A stretch of 27,364 nucleotides of DNA from a virus (Duplodnaviria > Caudoviricetes), in the IMG/VR virus record IMGVR_UViG_3300047408_000180, positions 1-27,364 of that record; one strand, written 5' to 3'. The notes below the pieces were generated by a model, which saw only the letters and a program-made list of their open reading frames with translations, did not search any database and was not told the origin of the DNA. The number at the start of each line of letters is the position of its first letter. Position 1 is the stretch's first letter. Shown in pieces: positions 1 through 9,186 of the stretch. Made by a program: the position numbers and the translations under genes.

Positions 1-24
1 CTGGCTCGCCTGGGTCACCGCTGA

Positions 25-216
25 GTGAACGGCATCTGCGGCAACTGTGGACGCAGCGGCCAGAGCTGCGTCATCGTCCACACCCTGGCGCGCGACCAGC
101 ACACGTTCGTCTGCGGCCGCTGCGAGGTCCTACTCACGCTCGAGGGATTCTGGACCACCTGCGACTGCCACCTGGATGAGCGACGAGCTCGCTACCACTC
201 GTCGACCCATGACTGA
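25..216 (+). CDS. Small Cys-rich (zinc-finger-like) hypothetical protein
   Basis: 63 aa ORF with CxxC...CxxC...CxC motifs; its stop overlaps the next ORF start. GTG start is uncertain. Confidence 0.5.
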   Translation: MNGICGNCGRSGQSCVIVHTLARDQHTFVCGRCEVLLTLEGFWTTCDCHLDERRARYHSSTHD

Positions 217-292
217 GCCGGCGGTCTGGCTCGCCGGCGCGCTGCTGGCGGTAACGTTGGCGATGATGCTCTGGGACCGTCTGGATGGCTAA
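209..292 (+). CDS. Tiny membrane peptide (MTEPAVWLAGALLAVTLAMMLWDRLDG)
   Basis: ATG at 209 overlaps the upstream stop; single hydrophobic helix; its stop overlaps the start at 285. Confidence 0.4.
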   Translation: MTEPAVWLAGALLAVTLAMMLWDRLDG

Positions 293-671
293 CCCTGAAG
301 CGCTCTACCACTTCACCTGCCGCCACTCGAAGTCGGACATCGGCACCTCCAACTGCTTGCTGCGACCGATGATTCGACACCCGCTGATGGGCTGCAAGGT
401 GTTGTGGCTGACCACCGAAGCCACCCCTGACCGCGAGTCCACCGGGCTGACAATGAACCTCCAGCGCTGTGACCGCATGGAGTTTCGGTACGTGGTGACC
501 GATGACGTGGAGCGCTGCCATCCTTGGTTAGATTCGCAAGCGCGGGCCATCGCCAACCCACAGGTCGTATCGGACATGGAGGAATTCGGGGACCCCGAAC
601 ACTGGTGGATTACTACCTGGCCGGTCCGGGCGAGGTTCGACCGCGCGTGGCACCCAGTGTTGGCGTCTTGA
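285..671 (+). CDS. Hypothetical phage protein, possible ADP-ribosyltransferase-like fold
   Basis: 128 aa; LYHFT...VLWLTT pattern resembles strands 1 and 2 of ART-fold proteins (by eye only). Confidence 0.55.
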   Translation: MANPEALYHFTCRHSKSDIGTSNCLLRPMIRHPLMGCKVLWLTTEATPDRESTGLTMNLQRCDRMEFRYVVTDDVERCHPWLDSQARAIANPQVVSDMEEFGDPEHWWITTWPVRARFDRAWHPVLAS

Positions 672-688
672 TAGAGGTAATTGTTGTT

Positions 689-1168
689 ATGGATACCAAG
701 ATGAACAAACTAGCAGCGTGGGCATGTCTCGTGTGCGGCAAGCTTCACCCCGCCTCCGACCCGCATGTCGCCATGAAGTGCCTGTGCGATGCCGAAGGCT
801 GGGGCCACCCGGACGACCATGAGATGTGCCAGATATGCCGGCTCGACATGCTCGCAGATATGGGCGTCTGCCGCGAGTGCGACCGTCCTTGCAATTCTGT
901 CGCTGGTTCTGTCGAAGAATGGAATTGCTGCTGCACCGATGAGTGTCAGGCCCATCACCGCAACTGCGGGCAGGGCGGCTACATCTGCCAATGGTGCCGC
1001 GATGGCAACCCTGAGTGCCCGCATGCCAGCGAGAGCGGAACGGGTGACGGGGCTTTCTGGAAGTGTGATGGTTGCGGCCGCCTGCGGCCGCGCTCGGACC
1101 GCCGTACGTTGGCGGAAGTGATCACCACATACGAGGCCGAAACCGGCAAGCTGCTGGGCTTTTGGTAA
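689..1168 (+). CDS. Cys/His-rich multi-zinc-finger hypothetical protein
   Basis: ATG at 689 follows AGAGGT (SD-like); multiple CxxC pairs (CLVC, CQIC, CREC, CQWC, CDGC). Confidence 0.6.
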   Translation: MDTKMNKLAAWACLVCGKLHPASDPHVAMKCLCDAEGWGHPDDHEMCQICRLDMLADMGVCRECDRPCNSVAGSVEEWNCCCTDECQAHHRNCGQGGYICQWCRDGNPECPHASESGTGDGAFWKCDGCGRLRPRSDRRTLAEVITTYEAETGKLLGFW

Positions 1169-1176
1169 CGCTAAAG

Positions 1177-1455
1177 ATGGATAAAGCTACCAAAGAGTGG
1201 CATCTAGGCCACGTGCCAGGAACGGTCATCGTGGACAAGGATGAACTGGACGCCCTACGCGCCGAGGTCACGCGGTGGAACATCGCGACTACTTCTGAGC
1301 GCGAACGTGGCGATAGGGCAGTTGCACGAGCCGTCAAAGCTGAGGCCGAGGTCGAGCGGCTACAGGCGAAAGTGGCGGAGCTTACCCAGATCCTCGATTC
1401 ACACCGCGCGTTTCCGTCCGATGGCGGCTTGCCCCGTTGGTCTTGCCAGACATAA
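1177..1455 (+). CDS. Hypothetical coiled-coil protein
   Basis: MDKATKEW...; heptad-like segment AEAEVERLQAKVAELTQIL typical of small phage accessory proteins. Confidence 0.55.
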   Translation: MDKATKEWHLGHVPGTVIVDKDELDALRAEVTRWNIATTSERERGDRAVARAVKAEAEVERLQAKVAELTQILDSHRAFPSDGGLPRWSCQT

Positions 1456-1463
1456 GTGCCGAT

Positions 1464-1634
1464 ATGACTACCAAGCCGAACGATGAAGACGAGTCGGAAG
1501 ACCTTGGACCCTGCGTCTGCCCGCACGGTGACGACTTCCCTCCGGGATCGTGGAAGGAGGATTGCGAAGGGCATCACTGCGCGAAGTGTGAGCGAGCATA
1601 CCAAGACTTCCTCAGCGGTCCCGGCGACTGGTGA
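1464..1634 (+). CDS. Small acidic Cys-containing hypothetical protein
   Basis: MTTKPNDEDE...CVCPH...CAKC; last gene of the + strand block. Confidence 0.45.
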   Translation: MTTKPNDEDESEDLGPCVCPHGDDFPPGSWKEDCEGHHCAKCERAYQDFLSGPGDW

Positions 1635-1681
1635 CAGGGTTTGGTAGATCTAACTGCCCGTAGATCTGGTAAGTGGCTCGA

Positions 1682-1718
1682 CTGAGTGTTCAGAGCTTGC
1701 AATACCCTGAACACTCAG
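1682..1718. terminator. Perfect 12-bp inverted repeat between convergent gene blocks (terminator or operator candidate)
   Basis: CTGAGTGTTCAG (1682-1693) / CTGAACACTCAG (1707-1718) with a 13-nt loop; no strong U-tract. Confidence 0.4.
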
Positions 1719-1804
1719 CCTTCGCTTTGCGACCCCGCTGAGTCGCTCTGGGCACGAATTCCAGAAGGGGGTTATTGGAGGTGTTCCAGAACCCGTGCCC
1801 ATGT

Positions 1805-2041
1805 CTAGCGGGTAAGCAGTTCCTGGATGTTGGCGCCCTGATTCACGTTGATCAACAACAGCCCAAGGATGGCCAGCCAGATCAGAACGATCTGAACCCG
1901 TAGTCCCTGAGGCACCTCGCTCTTGCCCCGCGTCGCCAGGACCACAACCGCCTGCGAGAGCACCCCGCCGATGAAGCCGGCCAGCAGGGGCGTCGAGGCC
2001 CCGACCATCCAGTTGATGAGCGAGATGAAGAAGTGGTCCAC
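1805..2041 (-). CDS. Small two-TM membrane protein (holin-like)
   Basis: 78 aa with two hydrophobic segments, at the end of the late operon downstream of the putative lysin. Confidence 0.5.
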   Translation of the reverse strand: MDHFFISLINWMVGASTPLLAGFIGGVLSQAVVVLATRGKSEVPQGLRVQIVLIWLAILGLLLINVNQGANIQELLTR

Positions 2042-2050
2042 ATCAGCAAT

Positions 2051-2197
2051 CTATAGGAGCCGTGCCAGAGCCACGCCTCCGATGAGCAGCGCCTCCAGCA
2101 CGTCGAGTCGTCCTATGACCGCCAGGACCACGCAGAGCAAAAGCACGATTACAGCGATGATCCAGCCGATGGTTATGACTGGTGCAGCGATTTGCAT
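2051..2197 (-). CDS. Small two-TM membrane protein (holin-like), absent from the ORF track
   Basis: Translated by hand: MQIAAPVITIGWIIAVIVLLLCVVLAVIGRLDVLEALLIGGVALARLL (48 aa); AAGGGGGA SD-like upstream; immediately follows the peptidase gene. Confidence 0.6.
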   Translation of the reverse strand: MQIAAPVITIGWIIAVIVLLLCVVLAVIGRLDVLEALLIGGVALARLL

Positions 2198-2212
2198 GTC
2201 AGATTCCCCCTT

Positions 2213-2884
2213 CTAGCTCAAGCTCCAGAGACAGCTCCACGCGCCCAGGTTGTCCCAGTCCGATCGCGTGATCTCGTTCCAGATCCCGCGGTAGCCCGGC
2301 GCGCTGTTCGCGATGTACAGCCTGCCGTTCGCGGCGCCGCGGAACGCCACCCAGTGGTAGTAGCTTTGCCCGGAGCCGAGCCCGACCACGTGACTGTAGA
2401 TCCCGTACGCCTGGTCGAAGCTGAGCCACCCCTGCTGCATCTCGAGTCCCGCGTGCTCCGCGAGCACCCGTTGGAGTTGAGCACCACTGCCGTCATGCAG
2501 TCCCAGTGCCGGGCTGATGTTCGACGGGTAGCCGATGGCATATACCACCTGCTCGCGGTTGCTATAGACGTCGCTGCCACGGCCGGCGCCCACGCTCCGC
2601 TCGGTCCACTCGGTCGCTGCCGCTGAGCACGTCCAGTCGTAGAGCTGAGCCGGCTGTTCCGCCCACGGGTCCCAGGCCACCCCATCAGCCGGGACCTCTC
2701 CCTCAAAAGGGACGCGGTTCGTTCGATTATCCGCCTCTATCCAGAAGTAGGTGGCATCCCGGCCGAAGGTCTGGCTGATCTTGTTGCCCTCCCGCAAGAC
2801 GATGAAGACCTCATCTGACCTCGGCTCATCACCCGCATCGGCCATCGCCTGCTGCACGCCAGGACCTACTGAGAAGTCAGCCAC
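2213..2884 (-). CDS. C39/papain-like peptidase, putative endolysin
   Basis: GTG start 7 nt after GGAGG; Q-x4-C (QLYDWTCSAAA), HWV and IANS motifs fit a Cys-His-Asn triad; adjacent to holin-like genes. Confidence 0.6.
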   Translation of the reverse strand: MADFSVGPGVQQAMADAGDEPRSDEVFIVLREGNKISQTFGRDATYFWIEADNRTNRVPFEGEVPADGVAWDPWAEQPAQLYDWTCSAAATEWTERSVGAGRGSDVYSNREQVVYAIGYPSNISPALGLHDGSGAQLQRVLAEHAGLEMQQGWLSFDQAYGIYSHVVGLGSGQSYYHWVAFRGAANGRLYIANSAPGYRGIWNEITRSDWDNLGAWSCLWSLS

Positions 2885-2942
2885 CACCGTACCTCCGCTC
2901 TGAAGAACGCGATCTCGACCGTGAACCAGTCGTAGGCGCCAG

Positions 2943-3344
2943 TCACTTGTGTGCCGCGGCTTCCAGTACTGACAGCGCCGCGTCGTCCAAGATCCAGCGC
3001 TCTTCGCCATCCGTCGCCACCACTCGCGCCTTGACCTGGGCCGCGGCTTCCTGAGCGGTCAGCGGCGTGCTCCGTCCTAGCCCTGGCTCCATTGCTTTCA
3101 GGACGTGCATGCTCTGGCCCATTAGCGCGTCGGCACCACCACCGGGAGGCCAGTAGGACACCGAGCCGCAGCCAGGCTCAGGACAGGGGACAAGCAGGAC
3201 GTCCTGATTGGGGGTGCCGTCCATGTTGGTGCCGTAGCTGACGGTGGCGGGATCGAGGGTGCCACCGTGACCGCCACCGGGGGCATCATCGTGAATAAAA
3301 GACCAGGCCGCGGAATCGTCGAACGAAATAGGTCGGACGCTCAT
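2943..3344 (-). CDS. Hypothetical protein (possibly tail-fibre associated)
   Basis: 133 aa; start overlaps the tail-fibre stop (TAATG); CPxxGC motif. Confidence 0.6.
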   Translation of the reverse strand: MSVRPISFDDSAAWSFIHDDAPGGGHGGTLDPATVSYGTNMDGTPNQDVLLVPCPEPGCGSVSYWPPGGGADALMGQSMHVLKAMEPGLGRSTPLTAQEAAAQVKARVVATDGEERWILDDAALSVLEAAAHK

Positions 3345-4489
3345 TACGCATTGGCCTCGCTGGTCAGATAGATAGTCGTACCGCTGGAATTGAATTGCAC
3401 ATGGCCAATAGCGGTGGATAACGCATAGAACTGCATGCCATCCTGCGACGGTGAGCCGATGCTAGGTTGAGCGCAATTCACGATTGGCCAGGTCCCGACC
3501 TTCGTCACAGTCGGAACGACCGCCTTTGACACTTGCCAACGATTCGGAGCACCAATCGCTTCACCCGCCGCTCCGGCCCATCCAGCGTGAAGGTAACTGC
3601 TGCCGACACCTACAACTTCGTAGTACCTGAGGCATCGCGCGAGGTCGTCGGCCGGGTGCATCGGCGCGTAGTCCGCGTACTGAGAACCCACTACCAGCAT
3701 GGCGTTGTCGAGATACGCGGTGCAACTGGCTGCGAAGTAGACCGCGACAATGACGTTTGTCGCATCGGATGGCACTGTGCCGCTGGCGGTCAGGGTTTCA
3801 TAGGCACCGCCACCGCTATGGAAACTGGAGTACACGCTCAACGGAGCCGCGCCGTCAGTGACCAGACGGACTCGTACCGCGCTCGCCGTACTGGTCCGGA
3901 CCCGCATGCTGTGACTGATCGTGCGGCCAACCAGGCCATTCCCATCAGCCGCCTTGAGCATCTGCTGCAGTGAGCTGAGACCACCACCACCGCTCAGCGC
4001 AAAGGTACAGGCAGCCGACGCCGTGCTTCCTACATCGCAATGGGTGGTGTCCTTGCTGATCGACAGGGTGTCTGCACCACCCAGGTTTGAAATCCACCGA
4101 TCCACGCTGTACACGGCGTTCGCGGTAAACGGTCCAGTGCCTCGCTGCCAGACCTCGAACCCGCCGTTGGTCAGCAGGTTCGAGCGATCCGTGTCACTCG
4201 CGAGCTTGGCATTGGTGACCGCGGCATTGGCCAGGTCCACCGTCGCGATCGTGCCGTCGGCGATCTTGACGGACGTAACCGCGCCGTCAGCCAGAGCCGT
4301 TCCAGGAATGGAACCAGGCGGCACACCAGTGAACGCGACCGCGAGGCCCTTGCCAGACCCGTCATGGGTATGGGTGCTGAACGCCGCGGCGACGTTCTGG
4401 ACGTCTTCCTTCTTGAAGATGTCCGTGGGCGCCGTCGCTCGCGAGAATGTCGGCGAGTTGTAGTTTGGATCAGTCTCGATACGTGCCAT
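3344..4489 (-). CDS. Tail fibre / receptor-binding protein
   Basis: N-terminal HTHDG motif, ~10-aa ADGAVTSVKI-type shaft repeats, then an NLLTNGGFEVWQRG carbohydrate-binding-like domain and a LARCLRYY motif common in phage fibres. Confidence 0.75.
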   Translation of the reverse strand: MARIETDPNYNSPTFSRATAPTDIFKKEDVQNVAAAFSTHTHDGSGKGLAVAFTGVPPGSIPGTALADGAVTSVKIADGTIATVDLANAAVTNAKLASDTDRSNLLTNGGFEVWQRGTGPFTANAVYSVDRWISNLGGADTLSISKDTTHCDVGSTASAACTFALSGGGGLSSLQQMLKAADGNGLVGRTISHSMRVRTSTASAVRVRLVTDGAAPLSVYSSFHSGGGAYETLTASGTVPSDATNVIVAVYFAASCTAYLDNAMLVVGSQYADYAPMHPADDLARCLRYYEVVGVGSSYLHAGWAGAAGEAIGAPNRWQVSKAVVPTVTKVGTWPIVNCAQPSIGSPSQDGMQFYALSTAIGHVQFNSSGTTIYLTSEANA

Positions 4490-4500
4490 CAGCTACTCCC

Positions 4501-6456
4501 TTATATCCATTGCACGGCTTTGACTCTGAGAGAACCCCGCCACTGGCGACCAATCTCGTCGAAGCTCTGGGATACCGAATAGTCCGTAAACGAGAGCTCC
4601 TGGTCGGACTCGTCAGGCAACGTCACCTCGACCGCTCCCGGCGTGTCGACCGCTTTCTCGATCAGTTTCTGGATCTGCTTGCGCCCCATCCTGACCGGCA
4701 CTCCGTCACGCCGCACCAGCCCATCGGCACAGAGGATGTCGCACTGGAACTCCATCACCCGCACCGGTCGAAGCGCGTGCCCCAGGCTGACGCCCGAGAC
4801 CAGCGGGGTCGACATATGGTCGGTGTTGTGCAAGTGCACACGGAGCGCGACCAGCGTCGCCGCCGCGCTGATCGGGAACATTGCCCGCTCGTACACCGAC
4901 GAGTCGAAGACATTCCCGAACGCGGTCCACGCCATCCCTGGAGTCGGGTCCAGTCGATAATCCAGGGTGACGTAGTTGCTCGGGTCAAGTTTGGACCCGG
5001 TGACGCTGAAGTGCCGAAGGCTCTTCTGGCTGGCGTGATAGCCACCGTGCCACAACGGCAGGTCTACCCACCCGTCGCCGACGAAGTACTTGTAGTCGAC
5101 GCACCCCGCGGGGTTCGGCGTGCAGGGGTTCAGCATCCAGCCAATGCTGCCATCAGAGAACCCGATGTATGTCCTGGTGTGGCCGGCCACTGCGGAACCA
5201 ACCTGCGAGACGAACAGGTGCTGAATCGCTCGCCCGACGAAGGGAATGCTGACGCTGCCGTGCCAGGCGTCGATGTGTACCGGCTCGCCTGTCCCCTGCG
5301 AGCCGAGCGCGGTCACCAGTGTCGACTGCCGCGGTCCACGGACGCCCATCCCCACCCACGCGCCGAACTTGCACAGGTAGCCGGTGTTGGTGTTCCGATC
5401 GAGCAGCGCGGAATACGCGAACATGGTCTCCACGCCCGCGAACGCCGTCACCTGACCTGAGATACCCGCGACGTTGCTGGACAGGTCGTCAGGCCCGACC
5501 GAGGTCCAAGACAGGTCCGAGTCGATCCTCCCCAGACTGTTGCCATAGGCCACGTACAACCCGTTCTCGAATGTGCCCCACGTTCTCCCATTGGTCCCCA
5601 CATCGGCGTAGCGCAAAAATGGGAACACCTCGCGATCGTCGCCGGCGGCGTTCAGGGTGTACATTCCGTCAGTTTTTGCGACCACCAGCGTGCCGCCCGC
5701 GGTCACCAGTAGCGAGTTGATCTGCGATGACTTGTCGCCCGCGCGAAAAATCAGGCTGGTGTAGTTCGCCTCGTTGGTCGGGTCGGCGTTGGTGTCCAGT
5801 TTTCTCAGGCGGTTGGTGTCGTCCGCCCACCAGAACTCTTTGCCGATCACGGTGAAGGCAAGCGACGTGAACGTTGCCATTGCGGTGTACGCGCTGCCGT
5901 TCGACGTCCACTGAGCCACCGCTCCCGCCCCGAGCGCAAAGAACGCGCGCTGCACCCCGTCGAAGTTGGATGAGAAAACGCAGACGTCCAGGATCGGCGC
6001 GGAGAACGTCTTCACAATCGACCAGGTGTCGGCGCCGGTCGCCTTCTTCAGGACGTTGGCACCGTTCGCCGCGTACAGATCCGTCCCAAGCTCAAAGAAG
6101 CGGTTGATGCCGTGGACTGCGTCGACGCTCGCCGGCGTGGTGGTTCCGATCTCCGGACCCAGCAACCACGGCCAGACCGACAGGTCGACCGCGTTCGCGC
6201 TCATGTAGCGCTGGTCGTCCCATTTCTCCTGGATAGCCAGCCCGAGCCCGAGCGTGAGTTGCTGGAAGGGTTCCTCGCGATCGTTGGTCGGGTTGGCGCC
6301 GGCGTACGAGTAGTCGGGTGGTGCGACCGCTCCGATGTCCTGCGACTTGGTCGACACCAGCGCCGGCTGGCCAGCCTGCGGCGAGCCTATGAGAAAACCG
6401 ACGCCACCGATCCGGACGTGAAACGGATAGGGACTTCGCTTGGCGTACAGGCTCAT
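4501..6456 (-). CDS. Putative tail nozzle / tubular protein (beta-propeller-like)
   Basis: 651 aa, beta-rich; lies between the adaptor-like gene and the fibre, as in podovirus gene order. Confidence 0.55.
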   Translation of the reverse strand: MSLYAKRSPYPFHVRIGGVGFLIGSPQAGQPALVSTKSQDIGAVAPPDYSYAGANPTNDREEPFQQLTLGLGLAIQEKWDDQRYMSANAVDLSVWPWLLGPEIGTTTPASVDAVHGINRFFELGTDLYAANGANVLKKATGADTWSIVKTFSAPILDVCVFSSNFDGVQRAFFALGAGAVAQWTSNGSAYTAMATFTSLAFTVIGKEFWWADDTNRLRKLDTNADPTNEANYTSLIFRAGDKSSQINSLLVTAGGTLVVAKTDGMYTLNAAGDDREVFPFLRYADVGTNGRTWGTFENGLYVAYGNSLGRIDSDLSWTSVGPDDLSSNVAGISGQVTAFAGVETMFAYSALLDRNTNTGYLCKFGAWVGMGVRGPRQSTLVTALGSQGTGEPVHIDAWHGSVSIPFVGRAIQHLFVSQVGSAVAGHTRTYIGFSDGSIGWMLNPCTPNPAGCVDYKYFVGDGWVDLPLWHGGYHASQKSLRHFSVTGSKLDPSNYVTLDYRLDPTPGMAWTAFGNVFDSSVYERAMFPISAAATLVALRVHLHNTDHMSTPLVSGVSLGHALRPVRVMEFQCDILCADGLVRRDGVPVRMGRKQIQKLIEKAVDTPGAVEVTLPDESDQELSFTDYSVSQSFDEIGRQWRGSLRVKAVQWI

Positions 6457-7478
6457 CCGGCCATCCTGACCGCTGGCCCGAACGTTCGCTGGCGGTACAG
6501 CTTCTTTTGCGGGATGTCCGCTACCAGGTGCTCGCGAACCAGGTCGTTGAACCAGGCCACCGCGGTCGCTTGATCCCTGACCAGTCGCTGATTGGCCGCC
6601 GGCTCGAGCAGGTGTCCGAACTGCCGCCAGCCGGCGACCAGCGCCGCGGCCGCTACCCAGTCGCGCGGCACCGGCGCCTCGTCGGTTTCCAGAGCGAGGC
6701 CGGATTGGTCCCCGAACGCGCCGCCGGCGCCGCGACAGTGATCGTACGCCCGCTTCAGACAGCGCAGGTAGATCAGGTCGCCATCGTTGAAGGTGCGACT
6801 GCCGGTGTTCAGGTAGAAGGACCCGCCGTCACGTTCGACCTGGCCCATGATCCGACGCTCGAAGGGGTCATCGAGGTTGCGATTGTCTGCCGCGGCGAGC
6901 ATCCCGACCTGGAGGATGTCGCCCGAATCGATGAGCCACGGTGCTGCAATCGTCAGGTCGTGCCGCGAGGTCGAGATGGTCGGAATACAGGCCACCTCAA
7001 CCACCAGCCAGCAATGTCGCAGCCCTTCATTGATGAGGCGGTGACTGGTCGGAACGTCGAACGGTCCAAGGATCTCGAAGCGCTCGCCAACCCCAGTGAT
7101 GCCCGAGCCCTCGAGATCGGTGTACTCGAACTGCTCCATGTCGTGGTAGGTGAGCGCTTCGAGAAAACCGTAGGTGGTGCCGGTGGCGTCCGAGTAGGGA
7201 GCGACCGTCCAGGGGATGTCAGGGGTGATGGTGCCCGTCGACGGGTCGTACGCCATCACGTAGCGGTTCTGGTCAGTCTGATGGGTGGCGTTCGGACGGT
7301 AGAGCGGTCGGTCGATGAGCTGGTCCTGCTGCGGAATCCCGGACTGGATGGGATAGATGGTGCAGACCAGTTGTGTGAGGCTCGAGCCGCCCATCGCGCG
7401 CACCTCGTAGGCGTCCGGGCCGATGTACGGTCCAGCCTCCGTGGAGAACGACGATCTGTACTGCTGCAGCGTGGGCAT
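6453..7478 (-). CDS. Putative head-tail adaptor / virion structural protein
   Basis: 341 aa; AAGGAG SD; ATGA overlap with the next gene; function assigned from position only. Confidence 0.5.
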   Translation of the reverse strand: MPTLQQYRSSFSTEAGPYIGPDAYEVRAMGGSSLTQLVCTIYPIQSGIPQQDQLIDRPLYRPNATHQTDQNRYVMAYDPSTGTITPDIPWTVAPYSDATGTTYGFLEALTYHDMEQFEYTDLEGSGITGVGERFEILGPFDVPTSHRLINEGLRHCWLVVEVACIPTISTSRHDLTIAAPWLIDSGDILQVGMLAAADNRNLDDPFERRIMGQVERDGGSFYLNTGSRTFNDGDLIYLRCLKRAYDHCRGAGGAFGDQSGLALETDEAPVPRDWVAAAALVAGWRQFGHLLEPAANQRLVRDQATAVAWFNDLVREHLVADIPQKKLYRQRTFGPAVRMAG

Positions 7479-7493
7479 GGCTCAAGACACTCC

Positions 7494-8867
7494 TTACGGT
7501 ACTGGCACCAGTGAGGGTGCTCCAGAGTCGAATATCGTGACCAGTGTCGGCGCTCCAGTTGCGCCGGCGAGTACCAATTCAGGAGCCCCGAGCGCAGCGG
7601 AGTGCTCCAGAGGTGGCGCGAGCGCGCGCGGTACCACCACCACCACCGGCGCGTACACCTGAGCCGCGGTCGGGATGGTGCCAGGCTGGAGGTCGGGGAA
7701 GGTAAACCCGACGAACACCGGGGCGTAGACCTGCTCCGCGGTGGTGATGGTCCCTGGCTGGATGGTTTGCGGACTGACCAGTGCAACGGTCGGCGAGTAG
7801 ACGAGCTCCGCGGTGGTGATCGCACCTGGCAGGACGCTCTGTGTGACCGTGGGTCCGTAGACCACTTCGGCACTTGCGATGGCTCCAGGAGTGACGGACT
7901 GGCCGGCGCCAACATTGACCGTAGGCGCGTACACCACCACCGCGGTCGCGATCGTTCCTGGCACCACACTGGTCGCGATGGTGGGCTGATACACCGATTC
8001 TGCAGTCGCAATCGTTCCTGGCAGGACCTGCAGCGTGACCGTGGGTGCGTACAGCACCAGGCCGGTCGCGATAGCGTTCGGCGTCAGCAATTGCGTTTGC
8101 AGGATGGACGGCTGGTATACCGACTCCGCGGTGCTGATGGCGCCGGCGGTGATGGTCTGTGGCGACGCTCCACCACCCGCAACCTTGAAGACAGCGACCG
8201 CGAGCGCCCAGGTGGTCCCGCCACCTGGTACGCCCGACGCCATCGAGCCGTTGACCGTACTGCCGGATGCGCCCGAATCCTTGTAGGCGCTCAGGTACGA
8301 GCCGGTCTGCCCGCCAGAAAGCCCGTCCAGCCAGGTCCAGCCCGACCCCTGCTGACCGCTGGACATCGAGACGCCCCAGCCATCATCGCCATAGATGAAC
8401 AGTGCAAACTCGCTGGCGGAGCCCGTCGCACCTGTGGCACCTGATGCAGCGGTCCCGCCGGAGCCGCTGCCGGTCGATGCCTGCACGTCCACCGCACCGG
8501 CCCCGTTGACTGAGCCGAGCCCGGAGACTTCGACCGCCGCGACAATGCCGCCGTGCGCGGTGGAAGCGGAGAAGGTTGCGGTCGGATTGGTGCTCGCGCT
8601 CGAGGTGACCACCACCGAGTGGATCGCGACCTCACCGAGAAAACCGCCGTCGTCGATGCTTGCGCTCAGGTGTTTGGTGTAGCTGCCGTTGACCGAGTCA
8701 GAGACGGTCGCGAGTGGACGACCAGCCGACTGCTCCCATTGCTCGGTGACCACGATGATGCGATTGCCGACGACCGGGTTGGTACTGAACGCGCCGAGCG
8801 CGGAGCCGGTGTAGGGAGACGAGCCGCTGAAGCCAGTCCGCTTGCTCTGGACGACCGCCCATGCCAT
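7494..8867 (-). CDS. Virion surface/fibre-like protein with ~21-aa Pro/Thr/Val repeats
   Basis: Gly/Ser-rich N-terminal beta domain followed by about 8 repeats of PG(T/A)I(A/T)TAxxVYxPT(V/I). Confidence 0.6.
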   Translation of the reverse strand: MAWAVVQSKRTGFSGSSPYTGSALGAFSTNPVVGNRIIVVTEQWEQSAGRPLATVSDSVNGSYTKHLSASIDDGGFLGEVAIHSVVVTSSASTNPTATFSASTAHGGIVAAVEVSGLGSVNGAGAVDVQASTGSGSGGTAASGATGATGSASEFALFIYGDDGWGVSMSSGQQGSGWTWLDGLSGGQTGSYLSAYKDSGASGSTVNGSMASGVPGGGTTWALAVAVFKVAGGGASPQTITAGAISTAESVYQPSILQTQLLTPNAIATGLVLYAPTVTLQVLPGTIATAESVYQPTIATSVVPGTIATAVVVYAPTVNVGAGQSVTPGAIASAEVVYGPTVTQSVLPGAITTAELVYSPTVALVSPQTIQPGTITTAEQVYAPVFVGFTFPDLQPGTIPTAAQVYAPVVVVVPRALAPPLEHSAALGAPELVLAGATGAPTLVTIFDSGAPSLVPVP

Positions 8868-9185
8868 CTACTGAGCCGGTCCCCACTTGATTTGAAAGGT
8901 GTAGGGAAAGACGACCGATGCGTGACCGAGCTTGTCGACGCTCGCGGCCATGTGGATGCCGTACTGACTCGCGGGGAAGGTCGAGTACCCGGACTTGTCG
9001 GCCCTGGTCGCGGTGTACAGCACCGTCCCCGTAGAGTCGACCACGTTGGCGATCACCTGGCGAGCGCTCTGCGCGTTCTGGGTGATCAGGACCTGGGTGA
9101 TGAGCAGCGAGACATCGTCATAGGAGTAGGCCACGCTGCTGCCCTGGCCATCGGTGCCGACCTCCCTGCTGACCAGCGCCATCAA
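8868..9185 (-). CDS. Hypothetical protein
   Basis: 105 aa, tightly packed in the operon; the start may be 9182. Confidence 0.6.
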   Translation of the reverse strand: MMALVSREVGTDGQGSSVAYSYDDVSLLITQVLITQNAQSARQVIANVVDSTGTVLYTATRADKSGYSTFPASQYGIHMAASVDKLGHASVVFPYTFQIKWGPAQ

Positions 9186-9186
9186 C

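Noticed and set aside
2885-3010. Upstream extension of the peptidase ORF (track start 3010)
   Set aside because: It overlaps the upstream gene; GGAGG-positioned GTG at 2884 is the better start.
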